Shown here one piece after another: positions 1 to 12,516 of a DNA stretch of 64,000 bases; within the stretch, counting starts at the first letter, position 1; each line of letters opens with the position of its first letter. The stretch comes from Euprymna scolopes (taxonomy: Eukaryota): the NCBI GenBank assembly GCA_053919585.1, contig CM132813.1; one strand, given 5' to 3'. A program made the position numbers and the translations under genes. The notes beneath the pieces were generated by a model. That model worked only from the letters and a program-made list of their open reading frames with translations. It was not told where the DNA came from and ran no database searches.

Positions 1-139
1 TCGCCTTCTCGGTTGCTGAGCAAACAATCTCATGATTGTTAGATAGTGGAGGAATTGTTGACTGCCCATTATCTACTATTATATGAATTGATCAAACCTA
101 ATTGCCTTTAAAACATCCCAGCCTGGAAGGCCAGGTGGA

Positions 140-322
140 TGCCTTTGCTTTATTTATACGAGAAAAACAAACAAACACTCAAGACGAGGGAATTTTTTAA
201 AACTCAATCTAGAAAGTATAAGGAAACTTCTCCATAAATGTAACCAACGTGAGAAGGCTGACGAAAAAAACCTTTTGCGGACATACAAACACACATACTC
301 ATTTTGCCTTTTATATTATAGA
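140..322 (-). mobile_element. Non-autonomous Helitron, 5' portion
   Basis: Minus strand begins A|TCTATAATATAAAAGGCAAAATG at 322, the same 5' terminus as the Helitrons ending at 12976 and 14132. Left boundary uncertain. Confidence 0.6.
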
Positions 323-789
323 TAACAATTTAGTAGAAAAGTAAACATACTTCATTGTTATCAGTTCTTCCATACTATAGCTGCGTAATGAAATCTTGGG
401 ATCGCCATGAGAATTTTATCAGGCAGTTTATTTTTTAAGATTGAATAAGGAGGTAGTCCTCCATCAATTATTGAATCCCGATCTAGGTATTTTACAGGAT
501 TCTTCACCATTTCTATACACTTTCTGCTGAGTACTTCTGTAGATCAATAGATAAATTTCTTTGCAAACTTATACTCTCAGCATGTTCTGATTTCTTGCTC
601 TCATTCCTACGTTTTAATGTTTCTTGCATTGTTTCATGGGGGATTTTCTTGCAAACAACTAAAAATACAAAGTTGACAATCTATTCTTTGACAATTTGAA
701 TTAATCTTGCTAATGAACATTTCCTCCTCTCTCTCTCTCTCTCACACTGCAATATTATTTAAATAAAAAAAATAGAATTAAAGTTATTT

Positions 790-1720
790 GTACTACTATT
801 GTCACTTTGGTTATTTTCACAATGTTGCAATCGATGTACCCTCTACAGATGCATCTTTTCAAACATGAGAATCTTTATCGAATTGAGGAATCTATGCAAA
901 ATTTCAAACTAATTCTTTTTGTTTTTTAGTTTACAGGGGTAGATTCACATTCTGTCAACTAGAGTTTGACTCAGAAAAGATATTTTGGAAGAGTTGAGTT
1001 ATTCCTCTGAATTTTTCAGACCAGCTGTTCATATATGAGCAGTGTTTTTTCATATTTGATTTATATTTCTCATAGTTGGATAGTTATTTCAGTGGAAGTT
1101 TTCCATCTCTTGACATGTATTGGTGTTACTACATATTTTTTTGTCCTGATGTTTTAGCAATGGATAACTTTTCTTTTTTATATTGTACAGATAGTGCGAA
1201 TTGGACTTGAGGTATTGTTCAGTGATGGTTTGTACAGATGACCGTAACTCCTACTCCGTATGAGTTATCAATGCAACTAGAAAGTTAGTGGTAAATATAA
1301 AAATCTTACCATGAGGAGATAAAAATATAAGTATTGCAGAAGAAAATGAAAAAATATCAATTTGATTTTACACATCATATGAATGACCATGACATTTTGT
1401 TTTCTTACATATCCAAATGTTTTTGCACATTTCTCAGTTTTATCTCTTGTCATTACTCTTAGGATCATATTATATTGATAGAACATGATTTACATTTGTG
1501 CTTTTAGTGGTTGAACTTTTTTGTTTTTTTGTCAACCTTTACATATCAGATTCATAAATCTTAAGCTGGAAAATTATTTTGTAAATTTCACTATTAAGAT
1601 ATTCTAGTGGGGAGTTGGTTGAAAAAAATCTAAAACTTCCTTCTCTCTACGTCTGTGTATTACTTATTGTATTGATTGGCAGGAATTATTGCAATTGGTA
1701 TTGGAATTCAGCACCTTTTC
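790..1720 (-). mobile_element. Possible heavily decayed Penelope-like remnant
   Basis: ~817-850 (tcacaatgttgcaatcgatgtaccctc) loosely resembles the Penelope-type terminal motif seen at 16185-16220. No clean ORF. Confidence 0.25.
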
Positions 1721-1779
1721 AAAAATTGCTTATTCTGCCGCGATACCCTCTCTGAGTGGTGTATCCAAATGTGGTATTA

Positions 1780-4700
1780 CTGGTGTGGTAGGGCCTCGAT
1801 GATAGTGCTCGATTTGAGCCACTTGGCTTTCTTCTTGCACTCTTGAACCTAAACATGGGTTCTGACTTTCAAGAACGGCAAGATCGTACATTGGCATTGT
1901 ATTGATTTCTCAAGATCTGATCAATTTCTTCTCGCATTGTTCAGCGGAAATGGTCCATTCATGATGGATCTTGGTAATGTTGGGTTTGAGGGGATACTGT
2001 CTTGCTGTTTTCGATGAAACAGAATCTGTGCAGAACTTAATCCCAGCTCCGGTATAGGCGTGTTTCTATGTTGAAGGATCGCACGAGCCGCTTTGTCATT
2101 ATTGAGGCTACCGTTGACCGATATATTGTTGTAGATGTGTTTTGCAGCTTTGACTGCCAATTCAGTGCGTCCGTTTGACTGTAGGTACGCAGCAGATGAT
2201 GTTTTGTGTTGAACACCCCACAACAGCAAGAATTCAACAAAGGTGGTGAACTGGAATTGGGGTCCTTTGTCAGTACTGTGTTCTTTTGCTGCGCCATAGG
2301 CTATGAAGAGCTCTCTGAAAATTTTGATGTGACTGGCCGAATTCATCTCTGATTTTCTGCAATGGTAAATGCAGGGCCAGCAACTGAACCTGTCCACAAC
2401 AATAAGGTAACTGAAGTTTCCAATTTCAAAATAGTTGTTGCAAATTTTTTTAAATGTGAATGTAGGAGGATCATAGAAAGTGGTTCTGGTGGTTGAGTAG
2501 GTGCATTTTTTGTGTAATCCTTGCAACTGTCGCAATGCTGCTGAATATGTTTGGTTCCTGGCCAATAAACAAAAGCTTTTGTATGATTCTGCATGGCACT
2601 GGCTCACCGATTTGCCGAATGAAGATTCGTCAAAACTTGGTTGCGAATAGCACAAGGAATAATGACACGAAAAAAAGGACAAGATTATCTATGATGGACA
2701 ATTTATCACAAACATCCCAGTATTCCCATTTCCTGGGAAAACTCTGCTGAATAATGTCAATGAGGTCTTTGTACTGTGGGTCAGCTTGCCCCGCAATGCT
2801 GACTTGTTCAATGTTGACGTGTGGCACGTTCTTGACGGCCATAACTGTCATGGACTTTGCCAGGCTTTGCAAATGTTTTGATGTGCTGATTTCTTGATTG
2901 GTTGGCTGTCCCGTGAAGATTGATGACACTGCGGGATGTTCGGGAGGAAAATGAGAAAGTGCATCTGGTGTGCGATTCCATTTACCAGGGGAATGTATCA
3001 TGTTGAATCTCCATGGTATGGGTCGACTCCTTTAATGCTTGAAGTCGTGGGTTTAAGATACTTGAAAGTTCCCTGTTCTTAAAAATTCTGACTAATGGTT
3101 TACTTACCATTAATTCCTTGCATCCTAGTGTGAACATTCTAGAGTGTGAGAGGCTCCAGGAAAGGGCCAATGCTTCACCTTCTGTTTGGGCGTTGCACAA
3201 CTTTGTGGAAGTGGTAAAGCGTGATTCCGCAAAAACAATCCTCCAGTTGTCGTTACAGCTAACCGGAGATATCGGTTGGCAGGTGCAGTATTTCTGCAAC
3301 ATGTACGTGATCCCAGTCTTGCTCCAATCCGATTGGATACAAGTTTTTCATGAAACATTGAATGAACACACACCTTTAACAAGTTGAATAATTTTGTACT
3401 TTGATTTTTCAAACGATTGCGAAGGATTTTTATCCCAATAGAATGTTTGGTGAGGCTTTAAATGAAACAATTGCAAAATGTCACTAACAGAACACCCAGG
3501 CTACTTGGTTAATCAAACCAAACCAAGATCAAGCTCCAGTAATGTCAGTTGGAGTTGGAAAATTTGCAATTGCAGACAATGTTTTTGCTGCTGGAGCAAC
3601 ACCGTCTGGGGTAATCGAGAGGCCAGCATCCAAACTGAAATTTCCTGATGTTGGCAACGATACCATTTGTGTATAAAAAATGTGAGAAAATCACAAATGC
3701 AATAAAAGTGATCCTTGATACACATCATAAAGCAAATGTCAACAATGATCTTGAATTTTTGTGGTATTACTGATAATAATTTGTCATATCGGTTGGTAGA
3801 TGCATCGCCAGCAGCAAAGAAACGCTGAGGCACATGTATTAGCCCCCATTCTGTAATGAATGTGGTGAGAGGTGGATTTTGGTCATCAAGAAGCACTGAA
3901 TGGTAACCGTCGATGGCGTCGATCAGTTTCCTTGTTTGCTGGCACTTGAGATGCAGCATGATATGGAGCTGGGGAGTGGTGTTTCCCACAATGCCTGACT
4001 ATTGAGATGGTGGAAGTCCATGGTGCATTGAGTTTGATCCATTTGGTTTTGTTACTATGACCATTAGACTGCACCAAGTCACAGGAGTACCCATTGGGAC
4101 CGGTTTGATTATATTGCATGCAACATCTGTCCAGCCCCGCTTTCACTTTCTTCAATGATTCGCAACGGAGATTGGAATGTGTCTGGCCTTTAGTTCAGCA
4201 TCATCTTTAAGGCAGATAGAGGCTGGCAGGATTGAAAGGGCTGGAAATGGAGCAGATGTACTTGGAAAACTTTTCTTTGATGATGCTTTCCAGTTTGGGA
4301 ATGTTCTTAGTCGGAGAAAAACAGTAGTTTTTCTGGCCACTTGGGTGGTGGACTTCAGCAGGCTCTGGAGGTGCGAGTGTTTTTATAGGTTGTGGGTAGC
4401 ACCGTGAGAGGACTCCTAAATCCACACAGCCTTGTTTGCTGAAGAACAATTTTGCAATATTGTCAGCAACATAAAGTGGCTGGTTTGTGGACCGATTCCT
4501 GCCAGCAAAAGTGATCAGCAGCCACCTCCGACCGACTGGAGTGCTTCCTTCAACTGCTGTGATTTTCTTGTCGCGAAGGCATAACTATGACAGTTGGATC
4601 TTCAGAGCAGAAATATACTGTGGCCCAGCGAGACAAATATTGGCACCACCGTCTTGATAAATGGAAAGTTGTGCTGGTTCTGCACCATCTAAGTTTGATG

Positions 4701-5800
4701 TAAGCGTCATGGTAAGTTCATCAACATTGGGCGTGGGTTAGATGAACTGTTTGTGCTGCTTGTAGAATTTGACATGGGCAATGAGGCTGCTTGCCCTACT
4801 AGCATCGTTACAAATGTCGGCGTTGTGATTATAACAATTTGGCCCCATGCTGGACAACTGGTGTGGTGTGGTGACTTTCTTGGTACAACATGAGACGAAC
4901 TGCCACAGCCGATAGAAATCTTTGCGGGCTGCTTGCGCTGTCTGCAGTATTTTGAACTAAATGCAGTGTAGGTTTCAGATGACACCTGCAGCTTGGCTTG
5001 ATCACAGAGGGCAGATTCAAAAGCCTCAGCGTGGTTCACGATTACATCAATACTTTTCAACTGATTAGTTTGCAGCAATTGATTTGAGATACCCTGTATA
5101 AATTGATCTTTGATGAATGTCAGTCTGGCAATTTGGACACAAAAATACACAATCGATGGCAGTAGCACAAAGACTAGTAACAAAATGTTGGATAGTTTCA
5201 TTGTCATGCTGATAAAGATTACTGAACGTCATTCTGTGTACCGCAGGGTTCGCGCAGTTGGTGACAAGCAACTCTAGAACATTGAACAAAGCTACCTCAT
5301 CCAATTTGAAGAACGAGGAGTGTGAACTGACTATCGCATTTTGTACAGTCTCATCACAAGCGCTGTACAATTGAGTGGCAATTTGTGATGGAAGCAAGTT
5401 CGTGAGTTGTTTGTACACATCCCAATCAGCACACCGTCTTCAAAATTGCTGCGGTGTCATGTCTGCAGTGATCTTTGGAAGATAAACCGAAGTCATAGTG
5501 GCCCTGTAATTTGGTACAAGGGTGTCCTGCAGAAATGGAAGTGTTGATGGAGCCTTGAAGTACTGTGTTGCATACTGTATAATGACAAGAACATCCCCGA
5601 TGGCTGTGATACCCATGGATTTTAAATGCTCTGCTGTGATGCTGAAAATGGTATTTTCCGTGATATGGTTATCCAGAAAAATCTTTGTATAGCAAGAATG
5701 TTCTGTTTTGAGAAGCCCTTGCCTTGTCAAAGAATTTGATCCAGGAGGCTGAATCACTGAGCTGACCTGGTGATCCCGTTTGTAGCACAATGTAGGATCA
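1780..5800 (-). mobile_element. Decayed Ty3/Gypsy LTR retrotransposon internal region (gag-PR-RT-RH-IN)
   Basis: Frameshifted ORFs in Gypsy order: gag-like 5790-4750; protease-like DGGANICLAGP ~4650; RT DAIDGYHSV..TTFITEWG..VPQRFFAAGDA..IVD (3513-3989); RNase H ESRFTT..EGEALALSWSL (2982-3302); integrase YLIVVDRFS..STDKGPQF..QSNGRTELAVK..RNTP (1921-2682). LTRs not identified. Confidence 0.92.
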
Positions 5801-6031
5801 GTGGATAGCGCAAAGCCAATCTATAATAAAAAGAATATTATTAATACACGGAGATGATGTATTCCTACACCCAGGAGGGCAGAGTTGGACACAAGGTCAG
5901 TTTTTAATGTTGGGGAAATCCAGTTCCGCAAAAAGGGGCACTCTGAATAGGAACAAAAATAAAAATTGCCTCAGTCTAGAAGGATTTCTCCTCCACACTG
6001 ATCGAGGTCAGAAAAGGTGAAGTGTCGCACC

Positions 6032-6054
6032 AGAACAGATAGAACAGTGATCTT
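6032..6054 (-). ncRNA. Degenerate U2 snRNA-like stub at Tx1 3' end
   Basis: Reverse complement AAGATCACTGTTCTATCTGTTCT, at the same position as the clearer stubs at 11128 and 39324. Confidence 0.6.
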
Positions 6055-6829
6055 GTTTATATAGTTTATCACATGAAATTTACAAATAAAGTTATAACAT
6101 AAAAATGAAAAATAACATACAAGAAACTTAGGCATGACACCCATAAGAAATTGGTGGGGACAAGCTTTTCTAAAAGGTCTATAAAACTTTGAAGAATACT
6201 CTTGGCTGGCACGATTTACCAAGTACCGCATTCACACTGTGGAGTTAAACTTACTCATATAAATTCCCCAAGCGTTTTTATAAAGATTATGTACATGCAT
6301 GCATGTGTATATATATATTTTTTTAAACAAAAATAGAAAAAATTTCATTGAAACAAGTCTTTGAATTGAATTTGGTATTGTAAAAAGTTTGTGGTGGGGA
6401 AGAGCTAAGAAAAAAAAAAAAGATTGAACCAAATAAAAAACCCATTGCGGAGTGTTAGTATGGTCTCTCCCAACCCTAATTATTATTATTAGATCACCTG
6501 TTTTCCAGGAACCGAAAACAAGCAGGATGGTCTCTAGTTGGGAATGGAGTGATTTACTAGATGTGGAGCGAAAAAATTAGGGAGGTAAAATGGAGGTTGA
6601 AGGTGATCTCCGAGTGGGGTGGGAAAAAACCAGGGACAAAAGAAAGGGATGCATGCATGGATTGGGCAAACTCAGAGGTTCTCTAGTATTAAAAAAAAAA
6701 AGTGGGATCTCATTTGTACCACCAGCCAAGGTCCTTTTTTAAGGACCATACTATTCTACAGGATTGGTTCTAAAGTACCCAGAATAGCATGTGCCATGCT
6801 TTACGAATTCAAACCTAGCTGCTCGACTG

Positions 6830-9378
6830 ATGCATAAACTAGTGTTCTGCACCCATCTGTTATTAAAATCCACTTGAGGCAACTTCCTCTAATCTGACTT
6901 TATGCAAATATTTAAAGTAAACAATCAAATTACAATCTGGAACAGATGTTCCCTCGTATACCTCTTTTGATGTGAGTGATTCAAGTCACCATTCTCGCTA
7001 CTGCTAGAAGGGCCAGAAATTATTCTTTTCTCCTCGGATAGCGGCGGATTTATGTTGTCTATAATGTATATTGTATCAAGGAAAAGTGGGCGCATGGTAT
7101 CGATGCAAGCTATTACTTCTTTGACATACTCCATGAGTCTCTCCGAAGTCAGCTGCAAAAGAAAAAAGCGTGCTCAGCCATTTCAATTTCATGGTCATTG
7201 GCAGCAAAGACACCAAGGAGCAATGCTTTCATTGTCTTTGAAGTTTGGCAAAGAGGGCCAGCGCATTCTGGACCAGTTGTCAGGTAAAAGAAAACTCAGA
7301 ATTATTAAGAAAGTGTTGTCCCAACGCCCAATTCCACTGTGAGCAGATCTCCTCTTACCATCCCAACCGCCCCCTAAGGGAATCTAAAGCGGTATCTATC
7401 ACTAATGCCCGATAAAGTTTCTTCCTAAGCTGCAAGAGGACACTAGTCTCTGGCACAGCTCTAAGTGCAGCTTGGCATTCCCCCTTTAGCCAGTTTAAGG
7501 TTGAAAAATGTGCTTTCAATTGCAGGGAACCATGGAACGTTCTCTAGCAAACAAGCTAGGAAAGCTAACCTCTCAGCATGTCTATTACGTTTTGAGATCA
7601 AATGTCCCAGACCTCCCTCGCTCGGACTTTGAGTACAGACCTCCCTGCAAACATAATGCTTTCCCTTCTCCCACAGAAGCAAGGAAAGGAGCTCTGTGAA
7701 AGCTTGGAGGCGTTTCGTAGGCAGAGGCAGTACGAACAAGCGGTAAAAGATGAGCGAGAAGACATAAGTAGTGCATGTCTCCGCTTGTCCCTTCAAGGAC
7801 AATCTCCTTCGAATCCAAGTCTTCACCAACCATTCGACCTTTGTCTGTACTTCCGTCCAGTTTTTATCCAGCTGTAGACCCAGTTCAAACCAGACACCGA
7901 GAATGCAGACAGTCCAGCTGAATCAGGTGCCCAACTGCAGATCGACAGACTTGCTGCAGTTAAAGATGGCTCCGGTGACTTCTTTGTAACAAGTTAGCAC
8001 CTTCTCACCACTCTGATGTCTGTGTGGCTCCACACACAGTGACATCATTGGCGAACGAAGAGCCCTGGCTACCATCAGGGAGAGCTATTCCCTGCAAGGA
8101 TGGTGTAGCCGTCTCGTTCTTTAGCTTGCAAAGAAGGGGTTCCGATGCCAGGATGTATAACAAAGGTGACAGCAGGTAGCCCTGATGCACCGACTGAGAG
8201 ACGACAAAAGACTCTGAAAGCTCATCGTTGATCTGCACTGCTACCGTTGGCCTGTACAGAATGGAGACCCACTTGCGGTAGTCCAGATTAAAACCGGCAG
8301 CCTCTAAAACAGATCTCAGGAAATGATGGTCGACCCTAATCTAAATTGATCAACACAGCTTTGGTGTCGTCTTCTATTCTCTCTATGATTGTGTGGATCA
8401 AATGCAGATTGTTTTGAATTGATCTCCCCTTCACAGCATAACTCTGGTCTGGTTCAATCAAGTCAGTGATGACAACCTGCAAGCAATTTGCCAGAATCTT
8501 TAAGTCCGTGTTTAGTGAAGGTCTGTAGTCATTTAAATTTTCCTCCCCACCATGCCATTGACCTTTTCTCAGCAATGTGATAACTCCCTTGATCATCTGC
8601 CCGTGAATGGAGCCCTGAGCAAACAAATGGTTGAACACATCCTTCAGAATAGGGACCAACATGGGCGACAGCCTCAAGTAGAATTCATAGGGAAGATTAT
8701 CAAGTCCTGGAGAGTTGTAGCTGACTTGCTTCAAGATAGAAAGTTTATTTCGCCTCTTCTAACATCCAATCCAAGTGTGTGCTTGGATGGGAAGGCACAC
8801 TATTATGCCACGTCCACATCTCCCACCTCGGTTGATCTAGACAAAATCTGTCGACAAGGTCGCACAAAGCCATCCGGTTTGACAAACTGCTATCACACCA
8901 ATGTGACGCCCCCCCCTCCCGACCATATTTATCTTGGGATCAAGGATGGCATTCCAATCACCGATTAGCACTACCCTGTCCAGATCCTCAAGAAACACCT
9001 CCAACCGCCAAAAAAGAGGAAACCCTCTCGACTGAAGAATTTGGCGCATAAACCGCGACAATCTGAAAACCACTTCTATCAATGGCAACATTGACTACGA
9101 ACGCCCACCCGCCCATCCTCATCCGCATGAACAACATTCACCAACGCTTATAGAGTGCATCTCACCAGCAAGGAGATACCATAACTATAGGTAATGCCAT
9201 TTGCTGAGTAAATATCAAAATCGTTTGCCAGAACCTGACGATCCCCGTCCGAAATAAAGTGGGTCTCCTCTATAGCAGCAATATCTAACTTAAGGGACAC
9301 CAGATTCCTCAGCATGCGCGAGGCTTTGTTTTGGCATCTCCTGCTCCTCACATTATAGCTAGCCAGGTACAAAGACAT
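6830..9378 (-). pseudogene. Tx1 ORF2 (AP endonuclease + reverse transcriptase), disrupted
   Basis: ORF fragments 9148-9378, 8837-9091, 8336-8734, 8005-8238, 7461-7829 and 6925-7158 are collinear with an L1/Tx1 ORF2. Confidence 0.9.
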
Positions 9379-9745
9379 GACAGTGTTTAAGCAGTGTCAC
9401 ACATAGGACTGAAGTCATCGGGAGTGAGGACATGGCAGGCCTGACCGAGACTGTCCGAGAGTAGTTTGAACGTATTTTGTCTTTCATAATGTGCCTTCCA
9501 CATCCTAAGGAAACTTTCACCAGCTTCTGGTCTGGAAATGCCTTCTTGGCCTCTTCCACCATGCTCCACAAGGCTCTAGTTCAGTTGTTCCTATGTCCTT
9601 TCACGAAGGTGGTCAGCATTGGGGCATTTTTAAACTTTGTGGGGTCTGTAATGTTGTCCCCCTGGACATACAAAGTTTTTTAGTTGTAGAGCGCCTTCTG
9701 TTTGCCTTTAAAGTCTGGGTAAACTTGCAGAGTCAGTCTCACATA

Positions 9746-10085
9746 TTTTCTTTCTATGGCAGGAACGGTAACTTTTTCTTTCTATGGCAGGAACGGTAAC
9801 TTTTTCTTTCTATGGCAGGAACGGTAACTTTTTCTTTCTATGGCAGGAACGGTAACTTTTTCTTTCTATGGCAGGAACGGTAATTTTTTCTTTCTATGGC
9901 CGGAACGGTAATTTTTTCTTTCTATGGCCGGAACGGTAACTTTTTCTTTCTATGGCAGGAACGGTAACTTTTTCTTTCTATGGCAGGAACGGTAACTTTT
10001 TCTTTCTATGGCCGGAACGGTAACTTTTTCTTTCTATGGCAGGAACGGTAACTTTTTCTTTCTATGGCAGGAACGGTAACTTTTT
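9746..10085. repeat. 30-bp tandem repeat (~11 copies) inside Tx1 ORF1
   Basis: Unit TTTTTTCTTTCTATGGCAGGAACGGTAACT, near-identical copies. The minus strand reads (VTVPAIERKK)n. Confidence 0.97.
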
Positions 10086-11127
10086 GGTCTGTTTCGTACA
10101 GACTGGAGTGGTGGATTTAGGTCTCTCTAACTCTCCGGAGACTTATTGACAGATGGAGTAGATGAAAAGTTTTGGGGGTGTTGGTAGGATGTGGAGTAGT
10201 TTGCTCAGCTTGAGTGTTGTTAGAAGTTTCTGTCCGGTTTTTCCTAGGGGGTGGGCTGGAGACTGTCTCCCTGCTCTTGTGTTTTTTTCCTCCCTCCTCA
10301 ACATGAGCCGAGATGGTCTCCACCTCCTCTTCCAACATTGCTTCTTCTTCCAACTCAGGTGGGGAGACCGCAAGCTTTCGTTTAACCCTGTTGGAAGATG
10401 GTGGTATGGGATCCTGTTTTCGTGGACTCGTTAGTGCTAGGATACTCTTGGTGCTGCAGCAGAGGCTGTTTTTGTCGAGTCTACTGTTGTTGCTGCTGCT
10501 GCTGCTTCAATTGTTGAGTTAGTCGTGGGACAGTGGCAGTCACCCTCATGGGGAACCGCTGGTACATTTCCCCCTTTGGGGAGCATCCCCTGTTGACTCC
10601 TGGTGCGGGCAGTATGCCCCATCGTGAGTTGATGTTTTGCTCCTCCTTTTGGGGGGGGGAGTGTAGCAGCTGTTTCCATCGTGGCCCCGGGCTGGGAGTA
10701 TCCTTAGTGATGGCTCCGGCTGGGGGTGTCTATTTGGTTCTCTCTCTGGGTGATGGTGGATTCCGTCTCCTGTTCCATGTTTGACAAAAGTCGTCAAAAT
10801 AAGTAATGTGGAGATGGCGTCTGTAATGGGGAGCTGACTTTGGTGCCAAAGGTAGCAAGAGGGGGAGATATAACTGAGAGAGGGAATGGGGAGTTAATTG
10901 GAAGGAAGATAGAAAGTGTGTCCGATCCTCCTTTGCAGGAAGGTTGTAGTTATCAGCTCAGATCACCCTCCTCACAGCAGGTGAGCAGAGAAAGATGAGT
11001 AAAGTGGAGGCAACGAACAGGATACTAGCCCAACAAAAAAGAAAGAGCTTGTCAGTCTTTCGGGCATGAGAATGTGTTGCCAAAACAGCTTGGACCATAG
11101 TTGCCTCGCACAAAGAAAAAAATATGT

Positions 11128-11152
11128 AGAACAGATATTACACTGTGATCTT
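11128..11152 (-). ncRNA. U2 snRNA fragment (~nt 23-47)
   Basis: Reverse complement AAGATCACAGTGTAATATCTGTTCT vs invertebrate-type U2 AAGATCAAAGTGTAGTATCTGTTCT (2 mismatches). Confidence 0.8.
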
Positions 11153-12008
11153 GTTTATCTAGTTTATTAGCAGTTCAACTCGGCTTTGCTCGGGCCCTAT
11201 GTGCTTTATGTGCATATGTATATATATATTAAAAAGTTTGTAACCTACATCTAAAATTTCAAGTGTTTAGACTCAAAATTGGTAGAGGAGTTTGGTAGAG
11301 TCTGCAAAGGTCAATTCTTTCAACTTTGACTTCTTGGCAGCCAAATTTTTTCCCAAAAACTGATTAAAAAGCTTGCTACATATCTGAATACTTATGTAAA
11401 ATTTGAAATGTTTAGATCCAAAATTGACTGAATAGGTTGTTAGAGACCGCAAAGGTGAATATTTTTTAACTTTGATCTTAATTTTGACCCCTTAACATTT
11501 ATTGTTTTGGGCTCAAATCAAATTAAAATGTTTGGTCCATGTCCATGTAATCTAGATCTAAAATTTCAAGTGTTTAGACCAAGATTGGTGGAGTTTGGTA
11601 GAGTTTTCAAAGGTCAAATCGTTGAACTTTGACCCCTTGTAAGCCAAATTTCTGTCGGACAACTGATTAAAAAGATTTTCCCAAATCTCAATACCCCTTA
11701 TGTCAAATCTTGAGACTGTAGACTGAAAATTGACAGTAGTTTTGTAGGGAAATGTGTACACACAGACAATTTCACTTTTATAGATATATAGATTGCATGA
11801 AATTTACAAATTGAGCTATAACACAAAATATGAAAATTCACATACAAGAAACTTGGACATGAAGCGCATAAGAAATTTAGGGGGGAGGTGCAAGGTCTTT
11901 GATGAATACTCTTGGCTGGCACCATTCACCATAATACCGCATTCACACTGAAATTAAACCTACTTAATAAATTCCCCAAGTATTTTTATAAAAATTATGT
12001 GTGTGTAC

Positions 12009-12044
<36 letters not shown>

Positions 12045-12063
12045 AAAGTTCATTGGAAGAAGT
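11153..12063 (-). mobile_element. 5'-truncated Tx1 copy (3' UTR only), interrupted by a Helitron
   Basis: 11153-11166 plus 11793-12063 align with 6055-6358. Confidence 0.85.
11167..11792 (-). mobile_element. Non-autonomous Helitron (family A) nested in Tx1 3' UTR
   Basis: Minus strand reads A|TCTATATATC...CCCGAGCAAAGCCGAG hairpin...CTAA|T. Inserted at AT with no TSD, and removal restores the Tx1 UTR. Body homologous to 31055-31520. Confidence 0.85.
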
Positions 12064-12088
12064 ATCTTGGCCAAAAGGCCAAGAATAT
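12064..12088 (-). ncRNA. U2 snRNA 5'-end-like fragment (stem I) at 5' junction of truncated Tx1
   Basis: Reverse complement (ATA)TTCTTGGCCTTTTGGCCAAGAT vs U2 TTCTCGGCCTTTTGGCTAAGAT (20/22). Begins exactly where Tx1 homology stops. Confidence 0.7.
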
Positions 12089-12516
12089 CAGAACTTTGCA
12101 CTATTTAAGCAGTTGAATAGAAAATACTTTTTGGCTTGAATTAGTTAAAAAGTCGGTTGCTAATGTTCATTTGTACCCCAAAGTCATGACAGTGTATCAA
12201 AGAAACTTTTGAACTTTAGTCTTCATTCAAATTGTTTTAGCTATAACAACTAATTCTTTAAAAGAATGTAATTAGACTGGAATAATTAGTTTATTCATTT
12301 TAGTAGTTATATAGCACTGTCTTGCTTCGCAATTTAAGTCTTATTCACCATTTGAATTATACTACTAAAAATAATGGAATATTTTTATGCCTATATTAGA
12401 AATGAAAGAAATTCTTTACTTTTTTATTATGCCACTGTCTTTGTTAATAAAAATTAAATTTGCGTACATATTATTGAAGCAAGCCTTGAAACATGTACAT
12501 TCACTTTTATATTAGA

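Larger units (their letters stand above)
5855..11127 (-). mobile_element. Near full-length decayed Tx1-clade (L1-like) non-LTR retrotransposon with U2-like stub and extra 3' tail
   Basis: ORF1 remnants ~10800-9380. ORF2 starts MSLYLASYNVR..DIAAIEETH (APE), then GDWNAILDP and RT motifs PGLDNLP, YRP, QGYLLSPLLYIL..EPL, FANDVTV. Internal deletion between APE and RT near 8830. 3' UTR homologous to 11153-12063 and 39350-40200. Confidence 0.9.

Noticed and set aside
5800-5860. LTR or primer-binding site for the Gypsy remnant
   Set aside because: No matching direct repeat near 1700 and no convincing TGG-tRNA complement.
9746-10085. CRISPR-like array of 30-bp repeats
   Set aside because: The repeats are contiguous with no spacers, lie within a LINE ORF1, and the context is eukaryotic.
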